Shown: positions 18,284 to 27,086 of the stretch, piece after piece
Numbering within the stretch: position 1 is the stretch's first letter
Layout: each line of letters begins with the position of its first letter
Assembly: GCA_040830765.1 (NCBI GenBank)
Contig: JBFOMH010000018.1
Span: forward strand, 32,001 to 96,000
Source of the DNA: Puniceicoccaceae bacterium
GTDB lineage: Bacteria > Verrucomicrobiota > Verrucomicrobiia > Opitutales > Oceanipulchritudinaceae
DNA length: 64,000 nt
Reading direction: 5' to 3'
Notes under the pieces: generated by a model
Databases searched by the model: none
Seen by the model: the letters and a program-made list of their open reading frames with translations, nothing else
Told to the model about the DNA's origin: nothing
Program-made: the position numbers and the translations under genes

Positions 18284-18757
18284 ATGATCGCAACGATTAT
18301 TGCCAGCTTCTTCATCGCGTTTGGTATTCTCGGCACCCTGCTCCCCATTTTGCCGGGCACAGCCATCGCCTTCACCGGCATCGCCCTTCACAAGCTCCTG
18401 CTTGGGGAAGCCTCCGTCTCCTGGGGCTTTGTCACCTTCGCCCTCGCCATTACGGTCCTCACCATCCTCATCGACATCTATTGCACCTGGTGGGGTGCAC
18501 GGCGCTTCGGTGCTACCTGGTTCGGGGCCAGCGGTGCCGTCATCGGCGCGCTCATCGGGATGCTTTTCTTCAGCCTTCCCGGCCTCATCATCGGGCCCAT
18601 TGTCGGCGCGGTCCTCTTTGAATTGCTGGCCAGCCGTGACGGCTCCGATGCCACCCGCGCTGGCTTCGGCACCATCGTCGGCTCCGTCCTCGCCCTTGTC
18701 CTCAAACTCGGTCTCACCGTCGGCATGGGCGCCGCCTTCTACCTGGCGCTGATATAA
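18284..18757 (+). CDS. DUF456-family membrane protein
   Basis: LPILPG, RRFGAT, GAVIG, GLIIGPIVGAVLFEL; very hydrophobic. Confidence 0.85.
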   Translation: MIATIIASFFIAFGILGTLLPILPGTAIAFTGIALHKLLLGEASVSWGFVTFALAITVLTILIDIYCTWWGARRFGATWFGASGAVIGALIGMLFFSLPGLIIGPIVGAVLFELLASRDGSDATRAGFGTIVGSVLALVLKLGLTVGMGAAFYLALI

Positions 18758-18786
18758 GGGTCAGCCCTTGGATTTTGTTCTCTTGG

Positions 18787-19890
18787 TCAGTAACCGTACC
18801 GGCAATCCCGGGCGGCCTCGGCAAAGGCGAACAGGTTCCCCACAGGTGTCGTAAAGAAGTGATCGGAGGCGGAACAGATGTAGCCGCCATCCTTGCCATA
18901 GGAGGAAAAAAGGGCCCGGACTTCTGCGCCGATCTGCTCCGGGGTGCCATCCGTGAGGATGCCTCCCTGGTCAAGTCCGCCGATGAGGGCCACTTTGGAA
19001 CCAAGGACCTGCTTGACCTCTTCGCGCAACGACTCATCAAGGTCGCCCCCCACGCCCGGCGGGGAAAGCGTCTCGCTGGCGGTACAGCCATTCTCGGGAA
19101 TATCCTCGAGGATGGCCTTCATCCCACCACAGGTATGGTAGGCCACAGGAAAGCCCTCCTCGGCCAAGGCGGCAATGACCTGCTTGTCGTAGGGAATGCA
19201 AAACTCCCGGAACATGGCCGGGCTGATGACGGTTGTGCTGGCCGCCCCACCCCCGTGCTCGATGAGGTCCCACTGGCCGCCGGTCATCTGTTCATGAATG
19301 TAGCGAACGCGGATATCGGTCAGCCGCTGGAGGACTGAATGGATGTATTCCGGTTCATCGAGGGCCCAGAGAATGGCATCCTCCGTGCCGACCAGCTCCA
19401 CAAAATCCTGCCAGGTCCCCGGCTGCCCCCAGTGGGTCACAAATCCACGGACAATGCCATGGTCGCCCGTCCGCTCGTACCACTCCGCAAGGGCCTCGCA
19501 GTCAAAGGTCGTCCCCGGCCAGTGGTTCAGGAAGCGTTCCATGTCGGCCTCATCCTTGACCGGATGCTCGATCAGAAAGGACGTGAACTCGTCTTGCGCA
19601 CTGACATAGCTCAGTTCGCCCTCCGGGGTTGCGACCGTGGTCCGGACCGCATTGGGAATGCGGGGAGTCGGTTCTGGTTTCCGGGTCTCAATCCAATTCT
19701 TGCTGGTCAGCGGCTGACTGACCCAGGGCGTCACCGAGGCATCGAGTCCAGTTTTAAGGAAGGCCTCCAACTGGTCACATCCGTTCATGAAGTTCTCCAG
19801 ATGGTAGGCCTGCCATTGATGGATGGTAGCCGGGAGCCTGTCCGGCTTGCCCCCGTGCAGGGCAGTCATCATGCGTTCCTTTGGGGTCAT
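18787..19890 (-). CDS. Uroporphyrinogen decarboxylase-like / MtaA-CmuA superfamily protein
   Basis: MTPKERMMTAL..KPDRLP N-terminus, ISPAMFREFCIPY, YHTCG, ALIGGLDQ, GGYICS. Confidence 0.85.
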   Translation of the reverse strand: MTPKERMMTALHGGKPDRLPATIHQWQAYHLENFMNGCDQLEAFLKTGLDASVTPWVSQPLTSKNWIETRKPEPTPRIPNAVRTTVATPEGELSYVSAQDEFTSFLIEHPVKDEADMERFLNHWPGTTFDCEALAEWYERTGDHGIVRGFVTHWGQPGTWQDFVELVGTEDAILWALDEPEYIHSVLQRLTDIRVRYIHEQMTGGQWDLIEHGGGAASTTVISPAMFREFCIPYDKQVIAALAEEGFPVAYHTCGGMKAILEDIPENGCTASETLSPPGVGGDLDESLREEVKQVLGSKVALIGGLDQGGILTDGTPEQIGAEVRALFSSYGKDGGYICSASDHFFTTPVGNLFAFAEAARDCRYGY

Positions 19891-20043
19891 GGGTAATGCT
19901 GTGACCTGAGTATGTCGGGAAATTGAAAATTCGGAAACGCTTTTCTGTTTTACCTTAAACCATCAATGATCATCGGCTTTAAAATGCAATCTGGCCAATT
20001 GCTGTAAGAACCGGCATACTGGAAACGAACTCAATATTCAGCC

Positions 20044-23000
20044 ATGTTACCGGATACCCCCTTTCTCCAACTGGTTCCCGCCCGTGCCAAGGCCGCCCAA
20101 CAACGCATGCGGGAAGAAATCTGGTCACCCGTTCAATCCCTCCCCGTCGAGTGGGCCGGATCATCGAGGGAACATGTCTCCCTCCGGGAAGTAAAACAGC
20201 GCAAGCGCACGCGAATCAAGGCCCCCTTCCGCTGGGGTAAGATGGAAGACCAGACATGGTTTCATATACAGATACCCCCGGCCATCCGGGATGGTCATCA
20301 CTTTCTCGAATGGAAGGAACAGGGGGAGTCGACCGCCTACATTGGCGGACTGCCCTTTGCCGGTCTGGATGTGGCCCACCATGAATGCCGCATTCCCAAG
20401 GGTTGCCGGGAGATATGGATGGAAGTCATGGCCCTCGAGACGGGCATCTGGCTGACCCCGCCACCGGCCCGCCCGGCCATCAATGACAATGGGTGCCGGT
20501 TCAGCGGTGCCACCGCCAAGCAGCGCAACGACCTCGCCTGGGAAGTCTGCCATGACTTCGAGGTCCTGCTCGATTTGCTGGAGGACGAATACAACCGGCA
20601 ACCTGAGCTCCGCACACCATTCGGGCAGGCGGTCGGTCATGCCAGCCCGCTGGAGGCCGTCAGCGTTCTCTACCGGAGGCTGGCCCGGCATCTGGAGAAT
20701 GCTGTCAACGCCTACGACAATGGCGGGCTTGCGGCCGTCCAGAAATCACTGAAAAGCACCTACGCCTCCCTCCGCGGACAGGCCGAGGCCATCCGTTGCC
20801 GATTGACGGGCCATTCCCACATGGACCTGGTGTGGCTCTGGACAGAGAAGGCCTCCTCCTTCAAGGCAGTCCACACCTTTGCCACCATCAATCGCCTGAT
20901 GGAGGACTATCCGGAACTGCACTTTGGCTACAGCCAACCCGCCAGTTACCGGGCGGTGGAAAAACGATCCCCCCCGCTGATGAAGGCTGTCCGCCAGCGC
21001 ATCCAATCCGGCCGTTGGGAACCGGTCGGGGCAGCTGACGTGGAGTTTGATACATTACTCCCATGCGGGGAGGCCCTGGTCCGCGCCATTCTCGTCGGAC
21101 AGGAAGGCTTTCAGGACCTGCAGGGTAAACCTTCAGAAATCCTCTGGCTGCCGGATGTCTTTGGTTACAGTGACGCCCTCCCGCAGATCCTTGAGCAGAC
21201 CGGGGTGAAGTACTTCTTTACGACCAAGCTGCACTGGAATTCCATTAGCAAGTTTCCCTACAGCAGTTTCATCTGGCAGGGACCGGACGGTTCGGAAGTA
21301 CTGGCCAATGTCATTGAAGGCTCCGGATTCAACATGAATGTCAAGCCGGGCGAAATACGCAAAGGGGCCACCGAGTACCGGCAGGCGGATGTCCATGACG
21401 AATTCCTCATGCCCTGCGGCTTTGGAGACGGAGGTGGAGGGGTTACCCCGGAAATGTGCGAGCGGGCCCGCCGGCTCCAGGACCTTGCCGGCACCCCGCA
21501 GTCCGCATGGGGCCGCATTGACGAATTCTTTGCCGGATTGGAGACTGTTCGCAAACAGCTGCCCTCCCATCGGGGTGAGCTTTACCTGCAATTTCACCGT
21601 GGAATTCTCACCACTCATGGGGAATTGAAAGCAAGATTCCGAGCTGCCGAGCGGTCACTCCAGACATGGGAAGCCGCCCATTGCGCGAGAGGTAGGGGCA
21701 ATATCGATACACATGCCTGGAAGCGGATGATCTTCGCTCAATTCCATGACTACATCCCCGGAAGCTCCATCCCTGAGGTCTATAAGGAAGCGCTTCCCGA
21801 GCTAAAGACCCTCGCCGATAAAGGCCTGTCCGCGACAAAAAAGGTCCTTTCCAGAAAAGGCGGAAAAAACTGCCTATTCAATCCCCTTCCCCTTTCGCGC
21901 AACGTCATCTTCCGCGGAAAAGTGCGCTCCCTCCCACCGCTCTGCGGGAAGCAACTGACCGATCTGGCAAAGCTTGAAACTCCGGAAGTCGCGGCAACCT
22001 CCAGTACTCTCTCCAATGGAAGGGTCGCCGTCCGCTTCGACCAACAGGGGCGTATTCGTTCCATGCGGGTTGATGGAAATGCTATCCCACAGAAGGCAGC
22101 CATGGGACAACTCATGCTCTATCCGGACCACCCCCACGCCTTCGAGGCATGGGAAATAGACCGTTCCACTCTCACGGCGGGATCGTTGGTCACCGGCCTG
22201 AGTTTTGTTGAGGCACATTGCTCGGAAAGTTGCGGGTGCCTTGTCTTTGCCGGACAACTGGGACAAGGCAGCCAAGTCCGGATTGAATACATCCTCGAGG
22301 CCGCTAGTCCTGTATTGAAAATTGAATACACGATCGACTGGCGGGAACGGGAGCAGCTCCTCAAGGTTTTCTTTCCCACGGACTTCAATGGTTCCCGAGC
22401 CCGCTTCGGGAGTCCCTTTGGCAGTACACCCCGCTCACAGCAGCCGGGCAAGGTTGATGACGAGGCACAGTGGGAAGTTGCCGGAAGCCGCTGGGCCATG
22501 GTCAGCGACGACAGTGAGCAGGAGGGTCTTTTCGTTATCTCCCAGGCCAAGTATGGCTGGACCGCCCGCAGCGGAAACCTTGGACTTAGCCTCCTCCGTA
22601 GTGCCCGTACGCCGACCACGCAGCGTTTGGAGTCCGGTCAGGAGGACCTCTCCAGCAAGCACTTCTCCGACATGGGGCAGCAAACCATGCGCATCGCCAT
22701 TGGACGATTTGACGCCCCAAGTCCGCGCGAGGAGCTTCCCGCCGCCCTTGCCGAATCGCTCTATACCCCACCTGTTTCATATGTCGGTCACCCTTGCTCC
22801 TGCGGGTTGCAGGGCCTCGAGGGTGGTGAATCCCTCCTTCCTTGCTGGGCCAAGCCGGAAGGAAACAACAACTGGACGCTTCGTCTTCACGAGACACTCG
22901 GTCGACGCGGCTCGGCCCTTCTACGCCTCGAACCGGGCTGGTCGGCACTCAGGATCGGCCTCTGCGGGAATCCTGTGAAACCACAGCCAAAGGGCGGGCG

Positions 23001-23052
23001 GATAAAATTCAAGCCCTACGAATTGCTATCCCTGCTAATTTCCAAGGATTGA
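20044..23052 (+). CDS. Alpha-mannosidase, glycoside hydrolase family 38
   Basis: GHSHMDLVWLW (Zn), WLPDVFGYS (nucleophile), GDGGGG, GELYLQFHRG, QFHDYIPGSSI, LSLLRS. Confidence 0.93.
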   Translation: MLPDTPFLQLVPARAKAAQQRMREEIWSPVQSLPVEWAGSSREHVSLREVKQRKRTRIKAPFRWGKMEDQTWFHIQIPPAIRDGHHFLEWKEQGESTAYIGGLPFAGLDVAHHECRIPKGCREIWMEVMALETGIWLTPPPARPAINDNGCRFSGATAKQRNDLAWEVCHDFEVLLDLLEDEYNRQPELRTPFGQAVGHASPLEAVSVLYRRLARHLENAVNAYDNGGLAAVQKSLKSTYASLRGQAEAIRCRLTGHSHMDLVWLWTEKASSFKAVHTFATINRLMEDYPELHFGYSQPASYRAVEKRSPPLMKAVRQRIQSGRWEPVGAADVEFDTLLPCGEALVRAILVGQEGFQDLQGKPSEILWLPDVFGYSDALPQILEQTGVKYFFTTKLHWNSISKFPYSSFIWQGPDGSEVLANVIEGSGFNMNVKPGEIRKGATEYRQADVHDEFLMPCGFGDGGGGVTPEMCERARRLQDLAGTPQSAWGRIDEFFAGLETVRKQLPSHRGELYLQFHRGILTTHGELKARFRAAERSLQTWEAAHCARGRGNIDTHAWKRMIFAQFHDYIPGSSIPEVYKEALPELKTLADKGLSATKKVLSRKGGKNCLFNPLPLSRNVIFRGKVRSLPPLCGKQLTDLAKLETPEVAATSSTLSNGRVAVRFDQQGRIRSMRVDGNAIPQKAAMGQLMLYPDHPHAFEAWEIDRSTLTAGSLVTGLSFVEAHCSESCGCLVFAGQLGQGSQVRIEYILEAASPVLKIEYTIDWREREQLLKVFFPTDFNGSRARFGSPFGSTPRSQQPGKVDDEAQWEVAGSRWAMVSDDSEQEGLFVISQAKYGWTARSGNLGLSLLRSARTPTTQRLESGQEDLSSKHFSDMGQQTMRIAIGRFDAPSPREELPAALAESLYTPPVSYVGHPCSCGLQGLEGGESLLPCWAKPEGNNNWTLRLHETLGRRGSALLRLEPGWSALRIGLCGNPVKPQPKGGRIKFKPYELLSLLISKD

Positions 23053-23056
23053 CGAC

Positions 23057-23971
23057 TTAGCTCGGCTTGCCCAATTCAACGGCAATCCGGCCTGCTTTCC
23101 CTGCATTGTTTTTCAACAGGGCAAGATTGGCGTCCCGGGACTTGCCTTCCGTCAGTTCAGCGACACGGGCCAGCAGGTGCGGCGTTATGTCCTTGCCTCG
23201 GATTCCTTGGTCCTCCGCTTCCTTTACAGCTCGCTCGATCGCTGCCTCGCAGGCCTCGCGCGGCATCTCCGCCTCTTGCGGAACCGGGACCGTCACTAAC
23301 ATGCCTCCCCGCAGTCCGAAATCCAGGGAAGCACGGAAAATCCGTGCCACTTCAGCCACGTCTTCCGCCCGGTGGTCCACTGGCAACCCGCTGTCGGAAT
23401 AATAGAAGGCCGAAAAGGTGTCTGTCTCCAATCCGATGACCGGGACCCCTTTTGTCTCGAGGTACTCCACCGTCAACGGTAGGTCCAGAATCGACTTGGC
23501 TCCGGAGCAGACCACCGCCACCGGGGTCCGGCCCAATTCCTCCAAGTCGGCCGAGACATCGTGCGGGTTGCCCCGGTGAACCCCGCCGATGCCCCCCGTG
23601 GCAAAGACCCGGATACCCGCCTTGTGAGCAACCAGCATCGTCCCGGCCACCGTCGTCCCGGCATGCTCCCCGGTCGCCATGGCAATGGCAAAGTCCCGCC
23701 GGCTGCACTTGCGGACGGAATCGGCCGGCAACTGCGCCAGCGTTTCAATCTCTTCCTCCGTCAATCCGACCGTCACCCGGCCACCGACGACACCAATCGT
23801 CGCTGGAATTGCCCCGGCTTCGCGGACCGCTGCTTCCATCGCCAGAGCTGTCTCAGCATTCTCCGGCCATGGCAGCCCATGCGTGATGACCGTCGACTCC
23901 AGCGCTACCACGGGCTGGCCCCCGGAAAGGGCGGCCTCGATATCGGGTCTTAAATAAATTTTGGAACTCAT
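23057..23971 (-). CDS. psuG: Pseudouridine-5'-phosphate glycosidase
   Basis: PVVALESTVITHGLPWP, KCSRRD, TTVAGTM, FATGGIGGVHRG, DVSADL, GAKSILD; start moved to ATG 23971. Confidence 0.95.
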   Translation of the reverse strand: MSSKIYLRPDIEAALSGGQPVVALESTVITHGLPWPENAETALAMEAAVREAGAIPATIGVVGGRVTVGLTEEEIETLAQLPADSVRKCSRRDFAIAMATGEHAGTTVAGTMLVAHKAGIRVFATGGIGGVHRGNPHDVSADLEELGRTPVAVVCSGAKSILDLPLTVEYLETKGVPVIGLETDTFSAFYYSDSGLPVDHRAEDVAEVARIFRASLDFGLRGGMLVTVPVPQEAEMPREACEAAIERAVKEAEDQGIRGKDITPHLLARVAELTEGKSRDANLALLKNNAGKAGRIAVELGKPS

Positions 23972-24049
23972 CGTGAAGGTTCTATGGACAATCCATTTTT
24001 GGGGAATTTCGATAGCTTGTCGACGGGTCCGCAAGCCGTCAACCGGGAC

Positions 24050-24700
24050 TCAATAGGAAAGGAGGTCAATGACGGGAAAGGTGTCCGCCTCCAGGGTTCG
24101 TTGTCCCGCTCCGGTGGGCGTGCCCCGCAATTCAACTCCGCTCAATCCAGTCAAAGGACTATTGGAACTGTTCAGGGATTCCGGAAGTCGCGATTTCAAG
24201 AGCCCGCCCCCCCAGGTCAGGCTGGCGGGGGATTCCGTCAAGTCCCCGGTATCCACCACACTCATGACCGCAATGATGAACTGGATACTGTTGCCCCGCC
24301 CGAGGTCCTCCGTCCATTCACGATAACCGCTCTGGGTTAAACGGCCATCATGGTCAAACAGCAGGATCAGGACCTGGCGTTCGGCTTCGGCCGAGCCAAT
24401 GGCAAACTTGAAATACCGCAACAACGGAGTATTCACCGAAAGGCCGAGTTGCCGCTCATTGATCACAGTGTGTTCGTAAAGGAAGGCATACCCGGAATCC
24501 AATGCGCCAATCTGAATCGGCGGGCCCAGGGTGTTCAAAACCTCGTGGGAAGTCAGGGCCGATGAAGCAGTTTGTTCCGGTGCAGTCAGGGTAATGCCCC
24601 GTTCTTCCCGGACCATCGTGCACCCGGAGACCAGTATCAGGGTAAACCCGGCTGCAAGGGCTCTCATGAGCCCTGCATGGATTGTCTGGAGCGGCTTCAA
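24050..24700 (-). CDS. Lipoprotein with a BamE/SmpA-like core
   Basis: Lipobox LVSGC; EVLNTLGPP and LILLFDHDGRL patterns. Confidence 0.65.
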   Translation of the reverse strand: MKPLQTIHAGLMRALAAGFTLILVSGCTMVREERGITLTAPEQTASSALTSHEVLNTLGPPIQIGALDSGYAFLYEHTVINERQLGLSVNTPLLRYFKFAIGSAEAERQVLILLFDHDGRLTQSGYREWTEDLGRGNSIQFIIAVMSVVDTGDLTESPASLTWGGGLLKSRLPESLNSSNSPLTGLSGVELRGTPTGAGQRTLEADTFPVIDLLSY

Positions 24701-25080
24701 TCTGCCGGTTTCTCCTTGCTGTAGGAATATTCGGTCAGGATGCCCTCACTGTCGAAAAAGAACACCGCGCGATCGTATTCCACTTCGAGATTACCCGTGT
24801 TGTAGAGGATGAAAATTTTCGCCGACCCGGCCCCCCGCTCACGCAGGTAATAAAGTACCGTTCCCTCATGCAGGGCAATGATTTGAGAGGGCGGCCCCAG
24901 GGCTTCCAGAACCGCCGTCTTGGTTGTAACGCCCCGCTCCCAGGCAATGGCACCATCTCCCTCGAAGGGGCTACTGACTCCCTGGACCGTCGTGAAGTTG
25001 GCACATCCGGACAAAATAAGGAACACCGTCATCACCAGTATGAACCGGAATAAACTTATCAAAGGCCTGCGATCACTCAT
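24697..25080 (-). CDS. Lipoprotein with a BamE/SmpA-like core
   Basis: Lipobox LSGC; TTKTAVLEALGPP and VFFFDSEGIL; overlaps the next gene by 4 nt; start placed at ATG 25080. Confidence 0.7.
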   Translation of the reverse strand: MSDRRPLISLFRFILVMTVFLILSGCANFTTVQGVSSPFEGDGAIAWERGVTTKTAVLEALGPPSQIIALHEGTVLYYLRERGAGSAKIFILYNTGNLEVEYDRAVFFFDSEGILTEYSYSKEKPAD

Positions 25081-25248
25081 ACGAGTGGTTAAACAGGATA
25101 GACTTAAAAGAGTCGAGCCCGGACTCTGGTGACGGGACAAACTTGGTTGATTATTGAAAAAGATTTGGATAGGCACTTCTTAGGACAGCCGATTCCTCCC
25201 CCAAGTGAACCGAGATTGATTAAAAACCCAAAGCAGGACAGCACAGCC

Positions 25249-26676
25249 ATGAAGACAGCTCTATCCCGAATACTCCACCTGACAACCCTGACGATATTGG
25301 TTATTGTGACAGGCTGTACGCCTGAGAGTAGCCAAACGGGCAACCTCGACCTGACGGATGCAGAGATCGAGGATCTGGTCCGCCGTTCCTACCAGTTTGT
25401 CGCCATGTACAACGTGAACAACAAGTTCGCCATGGATCCGACCAATCCATCCACGACAAATGGCTGGAATAAGACCTTCGCCGCCACCGAATTGGTGGAC
25501 CACACCATGCAGGCCATTGCCCGCCCCAACAATGACACCCTTTATGCCGGAGGGATGCTGGATTTACGGAAGGAACCGATCATCCTGGAGTGCCCCGCTT
25601 TTGACTCAACCTACGTCTCCCTGATGGTGACCGGATACGACCATTTTGTGAATATCCCCATGTCGACCCGACAGGGACACTTCTCCAAGCCCTCGAGGAT
25701 CCTTTTCTATACACAACGGACCCCTGGCTACTCGGGAGAACCGGTCGAAGGAGTTGACTACATTCATGAAGCAACCGGTGACTTTGTCAGTGCTGTCTTC
25801 CGGGTCATGCCCCACGCGAACGAACCAGAGCGCATGGCAAGGAATATTGAGGCGATGAAGTCAATCAAAGCCGTTGCCCTCTCAGAACTCCTCGGGGGCG
25901 AAACTGTTCCCCCACCCGAGGATGTCGACTTTCCCGCATATGGCCGGACCGATTTCGATGTCTTTGAAAACAATTTCATGGAGGTCATGCAGTTTATCCT
26001 CAACCACACCACCTTTGAGCCCGATGATGTCCTCGACCAGGAACTGCTGGCCATCCTCAAACCGATGGGACTCGTTCCCGGGCAGGCATTTGATCCCGCC
26101 CTCGCCGACAAGGTGGACGGTGCACGCCTCCGGGCCGTCGCCGAGCGGATTGCCCCCGAGCAGTTGGCGATGGCAACCGATGAGGGATTCATGGCGGCCA
26201 ATGTCGCCCGCCTTTTCCAACCAAAAGGCCAGATCCCATTGGAGCTGCTCCTCTTCCAGTCCGTCCTCGGACCAATAGGGCAACCAGCGGCTGAAGCGGT
26301 CTATCCCTCCATCGGCACGAAGGACAACAAGCCCATGAATGCCAGCAATGATTACGTCATCAGGATGTCCGCCGATGAGCTTCCCCCGGCCACCGCCTTT
26401 TGGTCGGCCACCCTCTATGATAACGCCAATGGATTCTTCATGCCGAACGAGCGGAAGAAATACAGTGTCGGGGAAAATGGCGGCATGCAATTGGACGAAA
26501 ACGGCGGGATCGCCATCCATATCAGTGAGACCCAGCCAGAGGGCGTCCCGGATGAAAACTGGCTGCCCCTCGTCCGTGGGGATTACGCCATCGACGTCAT
26601 CATGCGAATCTATGCCCCCGATCTGGAGAAATTCGCGACCTGGACCCCACCGGTCGCCGAGCGAATGGAGCCCTGA
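25249..26676 (+). CDS. DUF1254/DUF1214-domain lipoprotein
   Basis: Lipobox VTGC; RPNNDTLY..LDLRKEP, EAVYP, PPATAFWSATLYD, NWLP, MRIYAP. Confidence 0.88.
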   Translation: MKTALSRILHLTTLTILVIVTGCTPESSQTGNLDLTDAEIEDLVRRSYQFVAMYNVNNKFAMDPTNPSTTNGWNKTFAATELVDHTMQAIARPNNDTLYAGGMLDLRKEPIILECPAFDSTYVSLMVTGYDHFVNIPMSTRQGHFSKPSRILFYTQRTPGYSGEPVEGVDYIHEATGDFVSAVFRVMPHANEPERMARNIEAMKSIKAVALSELLGGETVPPPEDVDFPAYGRTDFDVFENNFMEVMQFILNHTTFEPDDVLDQELLAILKPMGLVPGQAFDPALADKVDGARLRAVAERIAPEQLAMATDEGFMAANVARLFQPKGQIPLELLLFQSVLGPIGQPAAEAVYPSIGTKDNKPMNASNDYVIRMSADELPPATAFWSATLYDNANGFFMPNERKKYSVGENGGMQLDENGGIAIHISETQPEGVPDENWLPLVRGDYAIDVIMRIYAPDLEKFATWTPPVAERMEP

Positions 26677-26800
26677 GAATCCCAACGCTTAGGATGCGTC
26701 AGAAACAGTAATCCGGAGCCAATGACCGGCTGTAGTTCCCCAAAAGCTCCCTTCGATGAATTCAGGGCTGGCTGGCTTGGCCTGCCACAAGCTTGTCGAA

Positions 26801-26877
<77 letters not shown>

Positions 26878-27086
26878 GTCACATTTCGGCCATGAGGCGA
26901 AAGAGGAAGGACTAAGCCCAAGGTGGGCGTGTCTGACAAGCTAAATGTGCGCATAAGGTGAAATGCTACTACTGTTATGATTCCGGGATTCTTGTTATCC
27001 TTAGGGCCGTCCCAAGCATGGCGGAACAAACTCCTGCTGTGGGAGTCTACTGACCCTAATAAAAACTGATTCCCCGAAAAATCCCT

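Noticed and set aside
13000..26800. Integrative element or prophage at tRNA-Val
   Set aside because: No integrase, transposase or phage gene, and I could not find a duplicated tRNA 3' end by eye; only the accessory-like gene content is suggestive.
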